DNA of 20,130 bases from an uncultured bacterium. GTDB taxonomy: Bacteria; Krumholzibacteriota; Krumholzibacteriia; Krumholzibacteriales; Krumholzibacteriaceae. Within the stretch, counting starts at the first letter, position 1; each line of letters starts with the position of its first letter. Shown here one piece after another: positions 9,114-18,965 of the stretch. The stretch is taken from NCBI GenBank assembly GCA_965371515.1, contig CBDUYR010000048.1:1-20130 (forward strand), in the 5' to 3' direction. Both the position numbers and the translations under genes were made by a program. The notes under the pieces were generated by a model. That model ran no database searches. It was not told the DNA's origin and saw only the letters and a program-made list of their open reading frames with translations.

Positions 9114-11120
9114 TCAGCGGAGCAGGATCATCTTCTTCGTAAATGCCTGTTCACCGGCGGTCATCCGGCAGAAGTAGACTCCCGAGGAAACGGGCATTCC
9201 CGCAGAATCCTTCCCGTTCCACACAGCATCGTGCGTGCCCTCTCCGAGGCGTTTGTCGACAAGAGTCCTGACAAGCGCGCCCTGCGTATTGTAGATGCGG
9301 ATCTGCACGGATCCGGGGCTGTCGATACAGAAACGGATTGTAGTCGATGGATTGAATGGATTGGGCCAGTTCTGCGACAGAAACGGCACCACGGGAGGCG
9401 ACTCTGAATCCGACGTGATGTTGTCGACGTCGCAAAGGATCCAGTTGTAGGGATCGAACCGCACGCCGGTCACCAGGCTCGATGTCTCGAATATGAATGA
9501 TTCCACCGTCTCGTCGATCCAGAGGATCGTATCGGAGCTGACTGCTCCATAGAATATTCGGAAATCGACCGGCATCGTGTACGGCGGATCGACGAGCTGT
9601 GTGACATCTATCGACAGGTACTGACGGCCCTCTTCCTCCCACACGCTCCACTGCAATTCGTAGGCCAGTCTGTCTTCACGCGTCAGCCAGGGATCGAAGA
9701 ACCAGTCGAGCTGGGCGCCGTAGAAACCTTCGAAAAAGGCCTCGAACTGCTCGCTGTCGGCGGTGCCGTACCTGAACTGCGGATCGGCGAGATATGCCCT
9801 TGTGGCGTTAAAGAACGTCTCATCGCCCATCACGTGCCTCAGCATGTGCACTATCCATGCGCCCTTGTCGTAGACGACACGGTTGAAGTAGTACCACGTT
9901 TCGCTTCTGTCGGGATCGCGCAGGACAGGCCCGGACCAGTAGAGCGGCGTGTCCATCGTCTGCATGTAGGCATGCAGGTCGTCCGGGCCGCCAAGGTGCT
10001 CGAACCAGAGGGCCTCGGTGTAGCTCGCCCAACCCTCGTTGAGCCAGATATGGGTCCAGTCGGCGCATGTGACGAGATCGCCGAACCACTGGTGCCCGAG
10101 TTCGTGTATCCAGAGCCAGTCGTATCTGTGGTCGCCGGTCAGGAGCGCCGCGCCATAGCTGCAAAGGGTCTGGTGCTCCATCCCGCCGCCTATCTCGCAG
10201 ATCGCTATGCCGTATTTCTCGTCGATGAAGGGGTACAAGCCGTAGAGCCCCGAGAAGAAATTGAGTGCGGGAACGGTAATATCGAGGTCCGTCTCCGCCG
10301 CCGTGACGAGCTCGGGGTAGACATAATTGATTATCGGCATCACCCCGCCCTTATGGATGAACTGATCGGTCATGATGACGTACTCCGTTGCAGCTATCGA
10401 GAAGAGATATGGCGCCATCGGGTGGTTTTCTTTCCACCTATACTTCGTGTAGATCTGCGCCCAGCATACCGTGTCGGCCTGGCCGATGAAGTTTCCGTTC
10501 GAAGCTGCGAAGATGCCGGGGGTGACCGACAGGGCGATATCGAATGTAGCTTTGTCGTCGGGATAATCCTTGCAGGGCCACCACGTTCTGGCGCTCCACG
10601 GTTCGCTCAGCGAGTAGATGACGGGCACGGGACCATTTAACTTGAAGTACAGCCCCCTGTTAGCTGACGCGGCCGGATAGCCCTCGTAATATACAGTCAA
10701 GGTCACCCGCTCTCCCGCGGCAAGGCCGGCAGGCAGAGGGATTCTGAGAACGTCGCCGCTTCGCGAGAATGTCAGGGTCCCGAATCCTTCCATCTCGACG
10801 GAATGTATATTAAGAACCGGATCGGCGTTGAGATCGATCTGGGAGAGAAAATCGAAGGTGCTCGCGACAAGGACGGTAACTCTTCCCTCGACGCGGCTCG
10901 TGTTATCGTTAAAGGCGATGTCGACGTCGTAGTGGATCACATCGAACAGCATCTGGTTGGGAGTGGGCTCAGGTGCGAGCAGCATCGATCGGCCGGGATC
11001 TCTTCTCGGCCTCTCTATCTTCAGCAGCAGATCCCTGTCTATTGTTCCGAACTTGTCCTGCGCCCCTGAGCTTGAGGCTGCCAACAGGATGATGATCAAT
11101 GAAATAACAGATCGTCTCAT
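9114..11120 (-). CDS. Secreted M1-family zinc aminopeptidase with C-terminal FlgD-Ig/T9SS type A-like sorting domain
   Basis: Signal peptide MRRSVISLIIILLAASSSGA; GGMEH, HELGHQW-x-NEGWASY (HEXXH-X18-E), YDKGA; C-terminal QNWPNPFNPSTTIRF...GVYFCRM...TKKMILLR. ATG at 11120 has a GAGGGGG SD. Confidence 0.92.
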   Translation of the reverse strand: MRRSVISLIIILLAASSSGAQDKFGTIDRDLLLKIERPRRDPGRSMLLAPEPTPNQMLFDVIHYDVDIAFNDNTSRVEGRVTVLVASTFDFLSQIDLNADPVLNIHSVEMEGFGTLTFSRSGDVLRIPLPAGLAAGERVTLTVYYEGYPAASANRGLYFKLNGPVPVIYSLSEPWSARTWWPCKDYPDDKATFDIALSVTPGIFAASNGNFIGQADTVCWAQIYTKYRWKENHPMAPYLFSIAATEYVIMTDQFIHKGGVMPIINYVYPELVTAAETDLDITVPALNFFSGLYGLYPFIDEKYGIAICEIGGGMEHQTLCSYGAALLTGDHRYDWLWIHELGHQWFGDLVTCADWTHIWLNEGWASYTEALWFEHLGGPDDLHAYMQTMDTPLYWSGPVLRDPDRSETWYYFNRVVYDKGAWIVHMLRHVMGDETFFNATRAYLADPQFRYGTADSEQFEAFFEGFYGAQLDWFFDPWLTREDRLAYELQWSVWEEEGRQYLSIDVTQLVDPPYTMPVDFRIFYGAVSSDTILWIDETVESFIFETSSLVTGVRFDPYNWILCDVDNITSDSESPPVVPFLSQNWPNPFNPSTTIRFCIDSPGSVQIRIYNTQGALVRTLVDKRLGEGTHDAVWNGKDSAGMPVSSGVYFCRMTAGEQAFTKKMILLR

Positions 11121-11156
11121 GCGTAACCCCCTCAATTACATTCGGTTGTACTACTA

Positions 11157-11185
11157 AGTATACCATCATTTTGCTGCCGGCGCAA
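11157..11185 (-). promoter_or_regulatory. Putative sigma70 promoter for the M1 peptidase/methyltransferase genes
   Basis: Minus strand TTGCGC-N17-TATACT with extended -10 TGn. Confidence 0.6.
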
Positions 11186-11207
11186 ATGCTCTGGATTCCC
11201 TTTGCCC

Positions 11208-11236
11208 TTTCAATGCGCGTGGACCTTGCATATAAT
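11208..11236 (+). promoter_or_regulatory. Putative promoter for the flippase operon
   Basis: Consensus TATAAT at 11231..11236 with a weak -35 (TTTCAA) 17 nt upstream. Confidence 0.45.
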
Positions 11237-11270
11237 CCCATTCTGGTCAACGGGATATGGGCGTTGAGCC

Positions 11271-12677
11271 GTGCCCGGCAGAGAAGGAGCGAAAACCGCA
11301 TTGATCATCGAGAGGTTCAGAGTCAGCAGCACCCTCAGGGAGATAATCGAGAACACCGGATGGCTGTTCGGGTTGAGGATCCTCAGGATACTCTTCGCCC
11401 TTTTCGTGATGGCCTGGGTGGCGAGATATCTCGGCACGGAGCAATTCGGTATCCTTCATTACAGCGTGGCGTTCGTCGGGCTGTTCGGCCCGCTGGCCGC
11501 TCTCGGCCTGCATGGGATAGTTGTCAGGGATATCGTCCGTGAGCCGGAGGCGAAGGACGAGATCCTCGGCACTACGATCGTACTGAGGCTGGTGGGGGGG
11601 CTGACCGGATTCACGCTCGTCCTGATGGCTATCTATTTTGTCAGGCGAGACGATCCACTCGTACGTATGGTCACCGGGATAGCAGCGCTGACCCTGTTTT
11701 TTCATGCTTTCGACAGCATCGACATGTGGTTCCAGTCGCAGGTACAGTCGAAACACACCGTCATAGCGAAGAGCGTGTCACTGGTCATTGCCAACCTGCT
11801 GAGGATCCTTGCGATCGTGATGGAGGCGCCGGTGACGGTATTCGCTGCGACGCTGGTCATCGACACGATCGTTGCCGGAAGCGGCCTGTTGATCTCTTAC
11901 AGGTCGCAGGGGCATCGCCTGAGAAAATTGCGTTTCAGCATGGCCAGGGCGAAGAACCTGCTCAGCCAGTCCTGGGCACTGATTCTCTCCGGCGCCCTGG
12001 CGATCATCTACTTCAAGATCGACCAGGTGATGCTCGGACAGATGGCGGGCGATGAGGCGGTCGGTGTCTATTCGACTGCGGTGCGTCTATCCGAGACGTG
12101 GTATTTCATCCCTACCGCCATTGCCATTTCCGTATTCCCTGCCCTTATCAAGGCCAAGTCGAGAGGTGAGGAGATATACTATGCCAGGCTGCAGCAGCTG
12201 TACGACTTTCTCGCTGGACTCGGCCTGGCGGTGGCGGTCTTTTTCACCTTTGCCTCGGACAAGGTGATCGTCCTGATCTTCGGAGCGGAGTATGCGGCGG
12301 CCGGCCCGATCCTCTCGGTCCATATATGGGCCGGGGTGTTCGTGTTTCTCAAGGTGGCGATGAGCCGGTGGCTGCTCAACGAAGGCAGGCTGAATTTTCT
12401 TTTCATAAGCAACGGGTTGGGAGCGGTCGTCAACATTGCGCTCAACCTGTTCCTGATCCCCCGGTACGGAGGCATGGGAGCGGCGGTGGCCACCGTGATA
12501 TCCTACGCTTTCGCGGGGCTTTTCGCCTGCTTCCTGTACAGGCCGGCCCGGCGAAACGGATGGATGATGATAAAGGCCCTGCTGATCCCGTTCAGGGCGC
12601 TGGCGCACATGGTGAAGAAGGGCGGGGAGAATGGTGCCGGTGGGAACAACGAAAACGGCAATGGACATGATGAATAA
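11271..12677 (+). CDS. wzx: Wzx-type oligosaccharide flippase (MOP/PST family)
   Basis: ENTGWLF, VARYLGTEQFG, IYFKIDQVMLG, VGVYSTAVRL, NIALNLFLIPRYGGMGAAVAT; about 12-14 TM. Start may be TTG at 11301 after AAGGAG. Confidence 0.9.
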   Translation: MPGREGAKTALIIERFRVSSTLREIIENTGWLFGLRILRILFALFVMAWVARYLGTEQFGILHYSVAFVGLFGPLAALGLHGIVVRDIVREPEAKDEILGTTIVLRLVGGLTGFTLVLMAIYFVRRDDPLVRMVTGIAALTLFFHAFDSIDMWFQSQVQSKHTVIAKSVSLVIANLLRILAIVMEAPVTVFAATLVIDTIVAGSGLLISYRSQGHRLRKLRFSMARAKNLLSQSWALILSGALAIIYFKIDQVMLGQMAGDEAVGVYSTAVRLSETWYFIPTAIAISVFPALIKAKSRGEEIYYARLQQLYDFLAGLGLAVAVFFTFASDKVIVLIFGAEYAAAGPILSVHIWAGVFVFLKVAMSRWLLNEGRLNFLFISNGLGAVVNIALNLFLIPRYGGMGAAVATVISYAFAGLFACFLYRPARRNGWMMIKALLIPFRALAHMVKKGGENGAGGNNENGNGHDE

Positions 12678-14586
12678 GCGGACGGAATATGACGGAGCCG
12701 CAAGGCGTGGCGGCAGTAGATACGGATGGCCGAGCCTGGCCGTGACGGCGATCCTTGTCGTGGCCGCCGTTGTAAGGATCGTCTTTCTCGTTCAGTTTTC
12801 ACGAAGCGATCTCGGGGAGATACTCCCGCTCGATATGCGTTTTTACCATGATCTCGGGTCCGCGCTGGGGGCGGGAAGCGGATTGCCGCAGGGCGGATTG
12901 ACATTCAATCCCCTGTACCCCGTATTCCTCGCGGCCGTCTTCAGGATATTCGGCGACGGGCTTCTGGCGCCGAGGATCATCCAGGTCATTGCGGGGCTTG
13001 CCACGATCTGGCTCGTATTTGTCTCTGCGAGGCTGCTTGCCGGAGGCGGGGCAGGAGACGGCCGGAAGGAGAATGTGCGGGGAGACATCGCCGGGATCAC
13101 GGCCGCCGCGCTCATGTTGCTCTATCCGCAGCTGCTTCTCTACGAGGGGAGCCTGCTCGCGACCTCTCTTGTCACGCTGATCATGGCCGCTTCTTTTTTC
13201 ACGGCACTGGCACTTTCGCGCGCCCTCAGGGGAGGCGGCGGAATGAAACCGGGCCGGCGAACACTGCCGGCCTCTGCTGCTGCTGTGTTTCTCGGTCTCC
13301 TCATCGGGGCTGGCATATCGGGACGCCCGAATATTTTTCTATTCCTGGCTCCTCTGCTGGCGGCCTGGCTGTTCGCTGCCTCGACTGGCAGGAAGAGATG
13401 GAAGCTGCCCCTGCTGTATGCCGCCGGGCTGGCCATCATGCTCGCCCCGGCGTCGATCTACAACGCCTCGCGGACCGGGACGCCGGCGCCCGTTACGTCT
13501 CACGGAGGGATCAACTTCTACGTCGGCAACATGAAAGGCGCCGGAGGGCTGTACAATCCACCCGAGGGAATGAGACGCGATATGCTCGGCCTCATCGAGG
13601 ACTCGAGGATCGTCGCCGAAAGAGCCGTGGGCAGACAGATGACCGATGCCGAGGTGTCGGCGTACTGGTCTGAACGTGCCCGTGAAAGGATAGTGACCGA
13701 TACGGGCGGCTGGCTTCGCCTGCTCGGCCGCAAGTTCCTGCTCTTCTGGAACGGGGGAGAGCTCGGCGACATCGTTGACATCGTGATCATGCAGCAGGAA
13801 TGCCCGGTATTCAGGCTGCTGATCATCAGGTTCGCGCTTATATCGGCGCTGGCATTTACCGGGGCGATCCTCGTCATAAGGTACAGTTCCGGGAAGTCGC
13901 CCTTCATGATATTCCTCGCATCGTCGCTGGCGGCTATAGTGTTCTTCTACTTCAACACGAGGTACAGGCTGCCGTCGGTTCCGGTGCTCGCCTCATCCGC
14001 CGGATACCTGACGGCATGGACGGCCGGAAGGATATCGGCACGCAGGTGGAAGGAAGCCGCCGCCGCTGCAGTCGTCGCCGTTCTCTTCTTCACGTTTGTC
14101 TCCGGGAAGGAGATGTTCGCAGTGAACAGGAGCGCCACATATACCTTCCTCGGCAACCATTACATGATAGAAGGCCGGGAGGACAAGGCGATGGATGCCT
14201 TTTCGGAGGCCTTGAGGCTAGATCCGGGTAGCGTCGAGAACAGGATAAACTTCGCGAGAGTCTCGAGCAGGACCGGGGAGAAAGAACGGGCCCGCGAATA
14301 TTACGCGCTGGCATGGGAGACCGCTCCGGATTTCCCGAGGCTGGCTCTCGAATACGGTTATCTTCTCGATGAACTGGGGATGCGCACCGAGGCCCGGACG
14401 TTGTACAATCATGCGTGGAACTCCGGGCGGAGGAATGAGATGATCGTAGCCTGCAAGCTCCTCTCGCGGATGGAATACGCAGAGGGGCAAGGTGGTGCGG
14501 CGATCATGTGGATCAGAAGGGCGCTCGAGCTCGTTCCCGGGGACGAAGAGCTCCTGAAGCTGTTGCAGAGGCTCGAGGGCTCCTGA
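12661..14586 (+). CDS. GT-C fold glycosyltransferase (ArnT/PMT_2, GT39/GT83-like) with C-terminal TPR repeats
   Basis: TM1 followed by LDMRFYHDLG, NPLYPVFLA, GRPN, GGINFYVGN, FFYFNTRYRLP, then TPR-like helices (AFSEALRLDPGS, WIRRALELVPGD). Start among ATGs 12661/12667/12670. Confidence 0.75.
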   Translation: MDMMNKRTEYDGAARRGGSRYGWPSLAVTAILVVAAVVRIVFLVQFSRSDLGEILPLDMRFYHDLGSALGAGSGLPQGGLTFNPLYPVFLAAVFRIFGDGLLAPRIIQVIAGLATIWLVFVSARLLAGGGAGDGRKENVRGDIAGITAAALMLLYPQLLLYEGSLLATSLVTLIMAASFFTALALSRALRGGGGMKPGRRTLPASAAAVFLGLLIGAGISGRPNIFLFLAPLLAAWLFAASTGRKRWKLPLLYAAGLAIMLAPASIYNASRTGTPAPVTSHGGINFYVGNMKGAGGLYNPPEGMRRDMLGLIEDSRIVAERAVGRQMTDAEVSAYWSERARERIVTDTGGWLRLLGRKFLLFWNGGELGDIVDIVIMQQECPVFRLLIIRFALISALAFTGAILVIRYSSGKSPFMIFLASSLAAIVFFYFNTRYRLPSVPVLASSAGYLTAWTAGRISARRWKEAAAAAVVAVLFFTFVSGKEMFAVNRSATYTFLGNHYMIEGREDKAMDAFSEALRLDPGSVENRINFARVSSRTGEKERAREYYALAWETAPDFPRLALEYGYLLDELGMRTEARTLYNHAWNSGRRNEMIVACKLLSRMEYAEGQGGAAIMWIRRALELVPGDEELLKLLQRLEGS

Positions 14587-14600
14587 GCAAGGAGATACGG

Positions 14601-15713
14601 ATGCTGTCATTCCTGTCGGTGATTCTGCGCAGAAAGAAAACGATAGCCCTGGCGGCGGCGGCGGGATTCGTCATAGCCATCGTCATCAGCCTGGTCCTGC
14701 CCGCGAAGTATATATCGATGGTCGCCTTCATCCCGGGAGGCGTAGAACAGGAGCTGACCGGATCGAACAGTTTCCTCTCCCGCCTGGGAGCATTCAGCGA
14801 GTCATACGCCTCGATCGTCCGTGTAAGAAGGAGTTTCATCATCGACTACATAGTGCGCAGTCACAAGATGGCAAGTCTGATGGACTCGCGGTTCGATATC
14901 AGGGAGATGTACGGCAAGGATTCCATCATGGAGGCGAGACGGGAGCTCAGTGAAAGGACGTACGTGAACGTCAGGGACGAAGGAGTCCTGGAGATAGCGG
15001 TCGAGGCGCCCGACGCGGTCCTGGCGAGGGATATGACCGCCGCCTACATAGAGTTCGTGGACAGTATCCTCCAGGAACTCAGTATCGAGAACGCCGAGGA
15101 AAAAGTGGCGTATCTCGAAGAGGCGCTTGCCAGGGGAGAGCTGGCCATGGCGGAAATGGACTCGGTCCTGAGCGGATTCATGGCTTCCAGCGGTATATTC
15201 GAGCTCGAGAGCCAGGCGAAGGCTGCATTCCAGATAACCGGCGCGCTTGCCGCCAGGGTGAGCGCCCTCGAAGTGGAAAGAAACATGCTGAGTATGACGC
15301 GGCGGGAGGGTTCCCCAGATCTGGCGAGGCTCGACCTGGAGATCGAAAAACTCAGGGAGGAGATCGACAGAGCCACCAGGACGGGAGGTGGAGATGGTCT
15401 TTTCCCGCCTCTTTCCGAGATGCCCGGACTGGCTGCCGAATATCTCGGCATGGTATCCGAGAGGATGGCGCAGGAATTCGCCCTGGCCTACTTGAGGCTT
15501 AAGCTCGAGGATTCGAGGATCTCGGCGAACAGGAGGGTCAGCACCATCCGTGTCATCGATCCGCCCGTAGTCCCGGAGAAAAGAAGCTGGCCGAAGAGAA
15601 AGCAGATCGTGATGATCCTGACCATGGCGAGTGTGCTCTGGGCCTGCTTCATCATCGCGGTCCGTGAAAAGATATCGGCGGAAAATGCCGTCTCGGAGGA
15701 AACGGGCAGATGA
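14601..15713 (+). CDS. Wzz/GumC-type polysaccharide co-polymerase (chain-length determinant), no kinase domain
   Basis: AAGGAG SD then MLSFLSVILRRKK + TM1, coiled-coil periplasmic region, VIDPPVVPEKRSWPKRK (GNVR-like) + TM2. Confidence 0.85.
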   Translation: MLSFLSVILRRKKTIALAAAAGFVIAIVISLVLPAKYISMVAFIPGGVEQELTGSNSFLSRLGAFSESYASIVRVRRSFIIDYIVRSHKMASLMDSRFDIREMYGKDSIMEARRELSERTYVNVRDEGVLEIAVEAPDAVLARDMTAAYIEFVDSILQELSIENAEEKVAYLEEALARGELAMAEMDSVLSGFMASSGIFELESQAKAAFQITGALAARVSALEVERNMLSMTRREGSPDLARLDLEIEKLREEIDRATRTGGGDGLFPPLSEMPGLAAEYLGMVSERMAQEFALAYLRLKLEDSRISANRRVSTIRVIDPPVVPEKRSWPKRKQIVMILTMASVLWACFIIAVREKISAENAVSEETGR

Positions 15714-17110
15714 ACGGAGATTCGCAGGATATCAACCGCAGCGGCGGAACGGATGACAACGGACCGCGCAAAGTCCGCTGGAGACTTGTCGGCGCGCTTC
15801 TCGCCACGGCGGCGCTGACTACCGCGGCGGCCGTGCTGCTTCCGTCCGGGGCGACAAGACTTCTGCTGATGGCGCTGCTGGGGCTGCCGGTCATTTTTTT
15901 CCTCGTTTCGAGACCGGAGTACGTACTGGCGATCATTCTGTTCATGAGATTCACCAACTTCGACATCTTTCTGCCGATGAGGCTGTTCAGGCCGCTGTTC
16001 GTTCTGCTGGTGATTTCGCTGATCGCCAGCTGGCTCGATGGACGCAGGCTGGTCTTTCGAGACAGGTTCCTTCCGATGTTGATGCTCGCCTTCTTTCTGA
16101 TCGCGTTTCATTCGATGGCATTTGCCGAGGATCTGCCGGTGTCGATGGACGCGTTCGAATTCCTGACGGGTGTTTTTGTGGTCATTGCGGCGGTGCTGCT
16201 CCTGACAGATTCCAGGAAACACTTCCTCGCATTTCTCATAGTTCTGACCGTTGCGACGATGATCAGTAATTTTCTTCCATTCATCATCCCGCCGCCAGGC
16301 GCGTTTGCATCAAAAACACTCATGTGGGAAGAAGGGGTCCTTCGTTACGAAGGTTATCAGTTCGAGGCGAACACCTTTGCCTTTCACCAGGTTTTCATAA
16401 TCCCCATCCTGCTCTTCCTGCTGGCAAAATTCGACAGGCCGAGGTATATCAGGCCCCTGATCCTGGCCGCTCTGGCAGGTACGGTCTTCGTCCTGATGCT
16501 CAGTTTCTCGCGGGGCGGATTCGTGGGCCTGCTGGTGATCCTCGCCGTCCTGCTCGTCATCGAGAGGAAGAACCGTGCGGTCATGACGATCGCGGCAGTG
16601 GGTGTGGCCATCCTGACAGTGGCGGCACCGGCGCTGTACTGGGATCGCATCAACTCTCTTTACGAGGCCGCGAAATACGTCTCGCAGGATTATGCGATCA
16701 TGGTGAGGATCCAGACCCTGAAGGTCGCTGTCATACTGGGCCTCAAGAATCCGGTTTTCGGCGTCGGAATAGGGAACTTCATCTACCAGGCCTCACGGTT
16801 TCTTCCATTCACAAAAGTCGTTCACAATGCGTTCCTGCAGATCTTCTCCGAGCTGGGCCTGCCAGGCCTGATTGTCGTCTCGACGATCTTCATAAGGAAC
16901 ATCTTCATCATACGGTCGATGATGCGTTCGGACCCGAAAGGGGAGCGGGCGCGACTGGGCAGGTTCCTGATGGTTCAGCAGATCGCCGTGGCGTTCAATG
17001 CGATGTTCATCCCGATCGGGCATGAGATCATCTTCTGGATCCCCCTCGTGATACCTTCCCTCGCGAACATTGCCTATTCGGAAAAGACGGGCGAAACGGA
17101 ACGTCTGTAG
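15710..17110 (+). CDS. O-antigen ligase / Wzy-like polymerase family protein
   Basis: Polytopic; EANTFA, LSFSRGG, R...NPVFGVGIGNF, VHNAFLQIFSELGLPG; ATGA overlap with the upstream gene. Confidence 0.88.
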   Translation: MNGDSQDINRSGGTDDNGPRKVRWRLVGALLATAALTTAAAVLLPSGATRLLLMALLGLPVIFFLVSRPEYVLAIILFMRFTNFDIFLPMRLFRPLFVLLVISLIASWLDGRRLVFRDRFLPMLMLAFFLIAFHSMAFAEDLPVSMDAFEFLTGVFVVIAAVLLLTDSRKHFLAFLIVLTVATMISNFLPFIIPPPGAFASKTLMWEEGVLRYEGYQFEANTFAFHQVFIIPILLFLLAKFDRPRYIRPLILAALAGTVFVLMLSFSRGGFVGLLVILAVLLVIERKNRAVMTIAAVGVAILTVAAPALYWDRINSLYEAAKYVSQDYAIMVRIQTLKVAVILGLKNPVFGVGIGNFIYQASRFLPFTKVVHNAFLQIFSELGLPGLIVVSTIFIRNIFIIRSMMRSDPKGERARLGRFLMVQQIAVAFNAMFIPIGHEIIFWIPLVIPSLANIAYSEKTGETERL

Positions 17111-18624
17111 CAGGAGAGGAAGAATCCCCCGCCCAGAGGCAGGTTCATGAACTCGTAATCGGAGCTGAAACGCGGATCGAGGATGATATCCATTTCCTGG
17201 ACCTTGATCCTTTCAAGGTCCTCCTGTCGTCTTCCGCGATGTATCTGGATATTTCCGAGCAGCAGCAGGTCGGGTTTTCTGTCCAGGACGTGCGATCCCA
17301 GGGTCTTCATGTGCCCGGGCTGATTCGATACGATCTTTCCCTCTCTGGCAATCTCCGGCTCGGTGAGCCCCAGGATGTCGACGATCGGCAGGCCGCTGTA
17401 GTATCCGATCGCTCCGGTAGATCCGCATCCGAGGATCGTCCCTTCGGGCAGCCGGGCGCCCAGTGTCTCGCCGACCCATTCGAAGGTCTTGACGGCACGC
17501 CGTTCACGGATAAAACCATCATAACCGGACGAACCCGGAGCCATCGCCAGGCTGGCGAATATTACTGCAAGCGCGACAGACTGCCAGGCTCCGCCCTGGC
17601 CCTGTTGTCCTGTCTGCTGAAGCATCGTGGCGCGGGGGATCGCTGCCGCGGCCATGACCGCTATCGCCGGGAGGCACGGGACGAGAAGCCTGTACTGCGG
17701 CATCCAGTCCCCCCCGAGGGCCGTCACAATGATCCAGTTGAGGACGATGATCGAGAGCGGGACGACCGTCCGTCCGAAATCGCGACGGTGTTTTCTTCCG
17801 ATGCCGCGCAGAAAAAAGAGCGCCGCCGCGGGGAGCCAGATATACCATGCGGCGAAATGCCCCATATAGGAGAGCCCGTTACGGAGCTGGACCGCGGGCG
17901 CGCCTGTCTTGGCGTAGAAGGTGTTGGGCAGGACACCGCCGAAATAGGAGATCTTCCATAAGATGTAGGGAGCGATGAGCAGTGATGCTACGAGGATTCC
18001 CTCGGCTGCGACCCTGCGCGCCTTTTCTCCGCGCACCATGAGGAGAACGGCAGCCAGCATGTAGTACGCGGCGCCTTCGGGCCGGACGAGCGTGAGTATT
18101 GCGAAGACGGCAAAGACGGGGCGGGGTCCACGGCCCGTCGAAAGCAGCAGCATTCCCGCGGTGAGGAGGAAGGTGAACAGGGGGATCTCGGTGCCGGAGA
18201 GAGCCCACGTGGCGAAGGGGGCCGACGCGGCGAGGATCAGCGGCGCGGCCATCGCGACTCCCGCTCCGGACCATTTCTTTTCCCCGGGAGGTATCGAGGC
18301 ATTGCAGACGCGCCAGGCAAGCACGAGCGTTCCTGCCGAAAAGAGCAGGCCCAGGATCCTCGCTCCCTGTACGAGCGGAATGCCTGCTTTTGCCGCGGCG
18401 GCCAGAATGATGACCCAGAGAAAATTCGTATAGCCCTCGACCCGCTCGCCCGGATTGAAGACGAGGCCCTCGCCGCCGGCCGCGTTCCGGGCATACCTCA
18501 TCCCGATGTAGGCGTCGTCGGGCAGGTAATGGAACCACCAGAGGCCCCCGGCAAGGACCGCCGCTACGGCAACGACCAGAATTATGTTTCTCAGTACGGG
18601 ATTCAATCCTGTCCTCCGGATCAT
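17074..18624 (-). CDS. GT-C fold membrane glycosyltransferase (DD-motif, arabinofuranosyltransferase/RgtA-like)
   Basis: TM1 then PDDAYIGMRYARN..G.GLVFNPGERVEGYTNFLW, SGTE, VRPEG, LPNTFYAK, GGDWM..YRLLVP, GAIGYYS..DILGLT. Confidence 0.75.
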   Translation of the reverse strand: MIRRTGLNPVLRNIILVVAVAAVLAGGLWWFHYLPDDAYIGMRYARNAAGGEGLVFNPGERVEGYTNFLWVIILAAAAKAGIPLVQGARILGLLFSAGTLVLAWRVCNASIPPGEKKWSGAGVAMAAPLILAASAPFATWALSGTEIPLFTFLLTAGMLLLSTGRGPRPVFAVFAILTLVRPEGAAYYMLAAVLLMVRGEKARRVAAEGILVASLLIAPYILWKISYFGGVLPNTFYAKTGAPAVQLRNGLSYMGHFAAWYIWLPAAALFFLRGIGRKHRRDFGRTVVPLSIIVLNWIIVTALGGDWMPQYRLLVPCLPAIAVMAAAAIPRATMLQQTGQQGQGGAWQSVALAVIFASLAMAPGSSGYDGFIRERRAVKTFEWVGETLGARLPEGTILGCGSTGAIGYYSGLPIVDILGLTEPEIAREGKIVSNQPGHMKTLGSHVLDRKPDLLLLGNIQIHRGRRQEDLERIKVQEMDIILDPRFSSDYEFMNLPLGGGFFLSCYRRSVSPVFSE

Positions 18625-18643
18625 TGGGCGTATTCAGGGCCGA

Positions 18644-18886
18644 TCAGTTCTCAAGGAATATCACGTTGCATGTGGTCGTCTTCAGGATGCCGGCGACGGG
18701 CTGGAGATTCTCCAGCACCGATTTGCCGATCTCGTTGAACGTTGCGCCGTCCACTACGGCTATCATGTCATACGGTCCGGATACCGCGTGGACCTCGGCG
18801 ACGAAATCCATTTTCCGCAGTTTCATGAGCACTTCCCTCGAGGCGCCGGCTGCAAGACTGATCAGTACGAATGCTTTTGCTCTCAT
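18644..18886 (-). CDS. Stand-alone Lrp/AsnC ligand-binding (RAM) domain protein
   Basis: 80 aa, KAFVLI, EVHAVSGPYDMIAVV, GILKTTT; no HTH; AAAGGGG SD. Confidence 0.88.
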   Translation of the reverse strand: MRAKAFVLISLAAGASREVLMKLRKMDFVAEVHAVSGPYDMIAVVDGATFNEIGKSVLENLQPVAGILKTTTCNVIFLEN

Positions 18887-18937
18887 GATCGGGTCCCCTT
18901 TCTGTGCCGCGTCGATGTTCTTTCCCTTCTCTTCGAA

Positions 18938-18965
18938 ATTATCGCAGGCACACCTCGACGGTCAA
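18938..18965 (-). promoter_or_regulatory. Putative promoter for the Lrp/AsnC gene
   Basis: Minus strand TTGACC-N16-GATAAT with TGn before the -10. Confidence 0.45.

Noticed and set aside
14508..14600. Longer start for the Wzz-like ORF
   Set aside because: It overlaps the TPR tail of the upstream gene; ATG 14601 has a strong AAGGAG SD.
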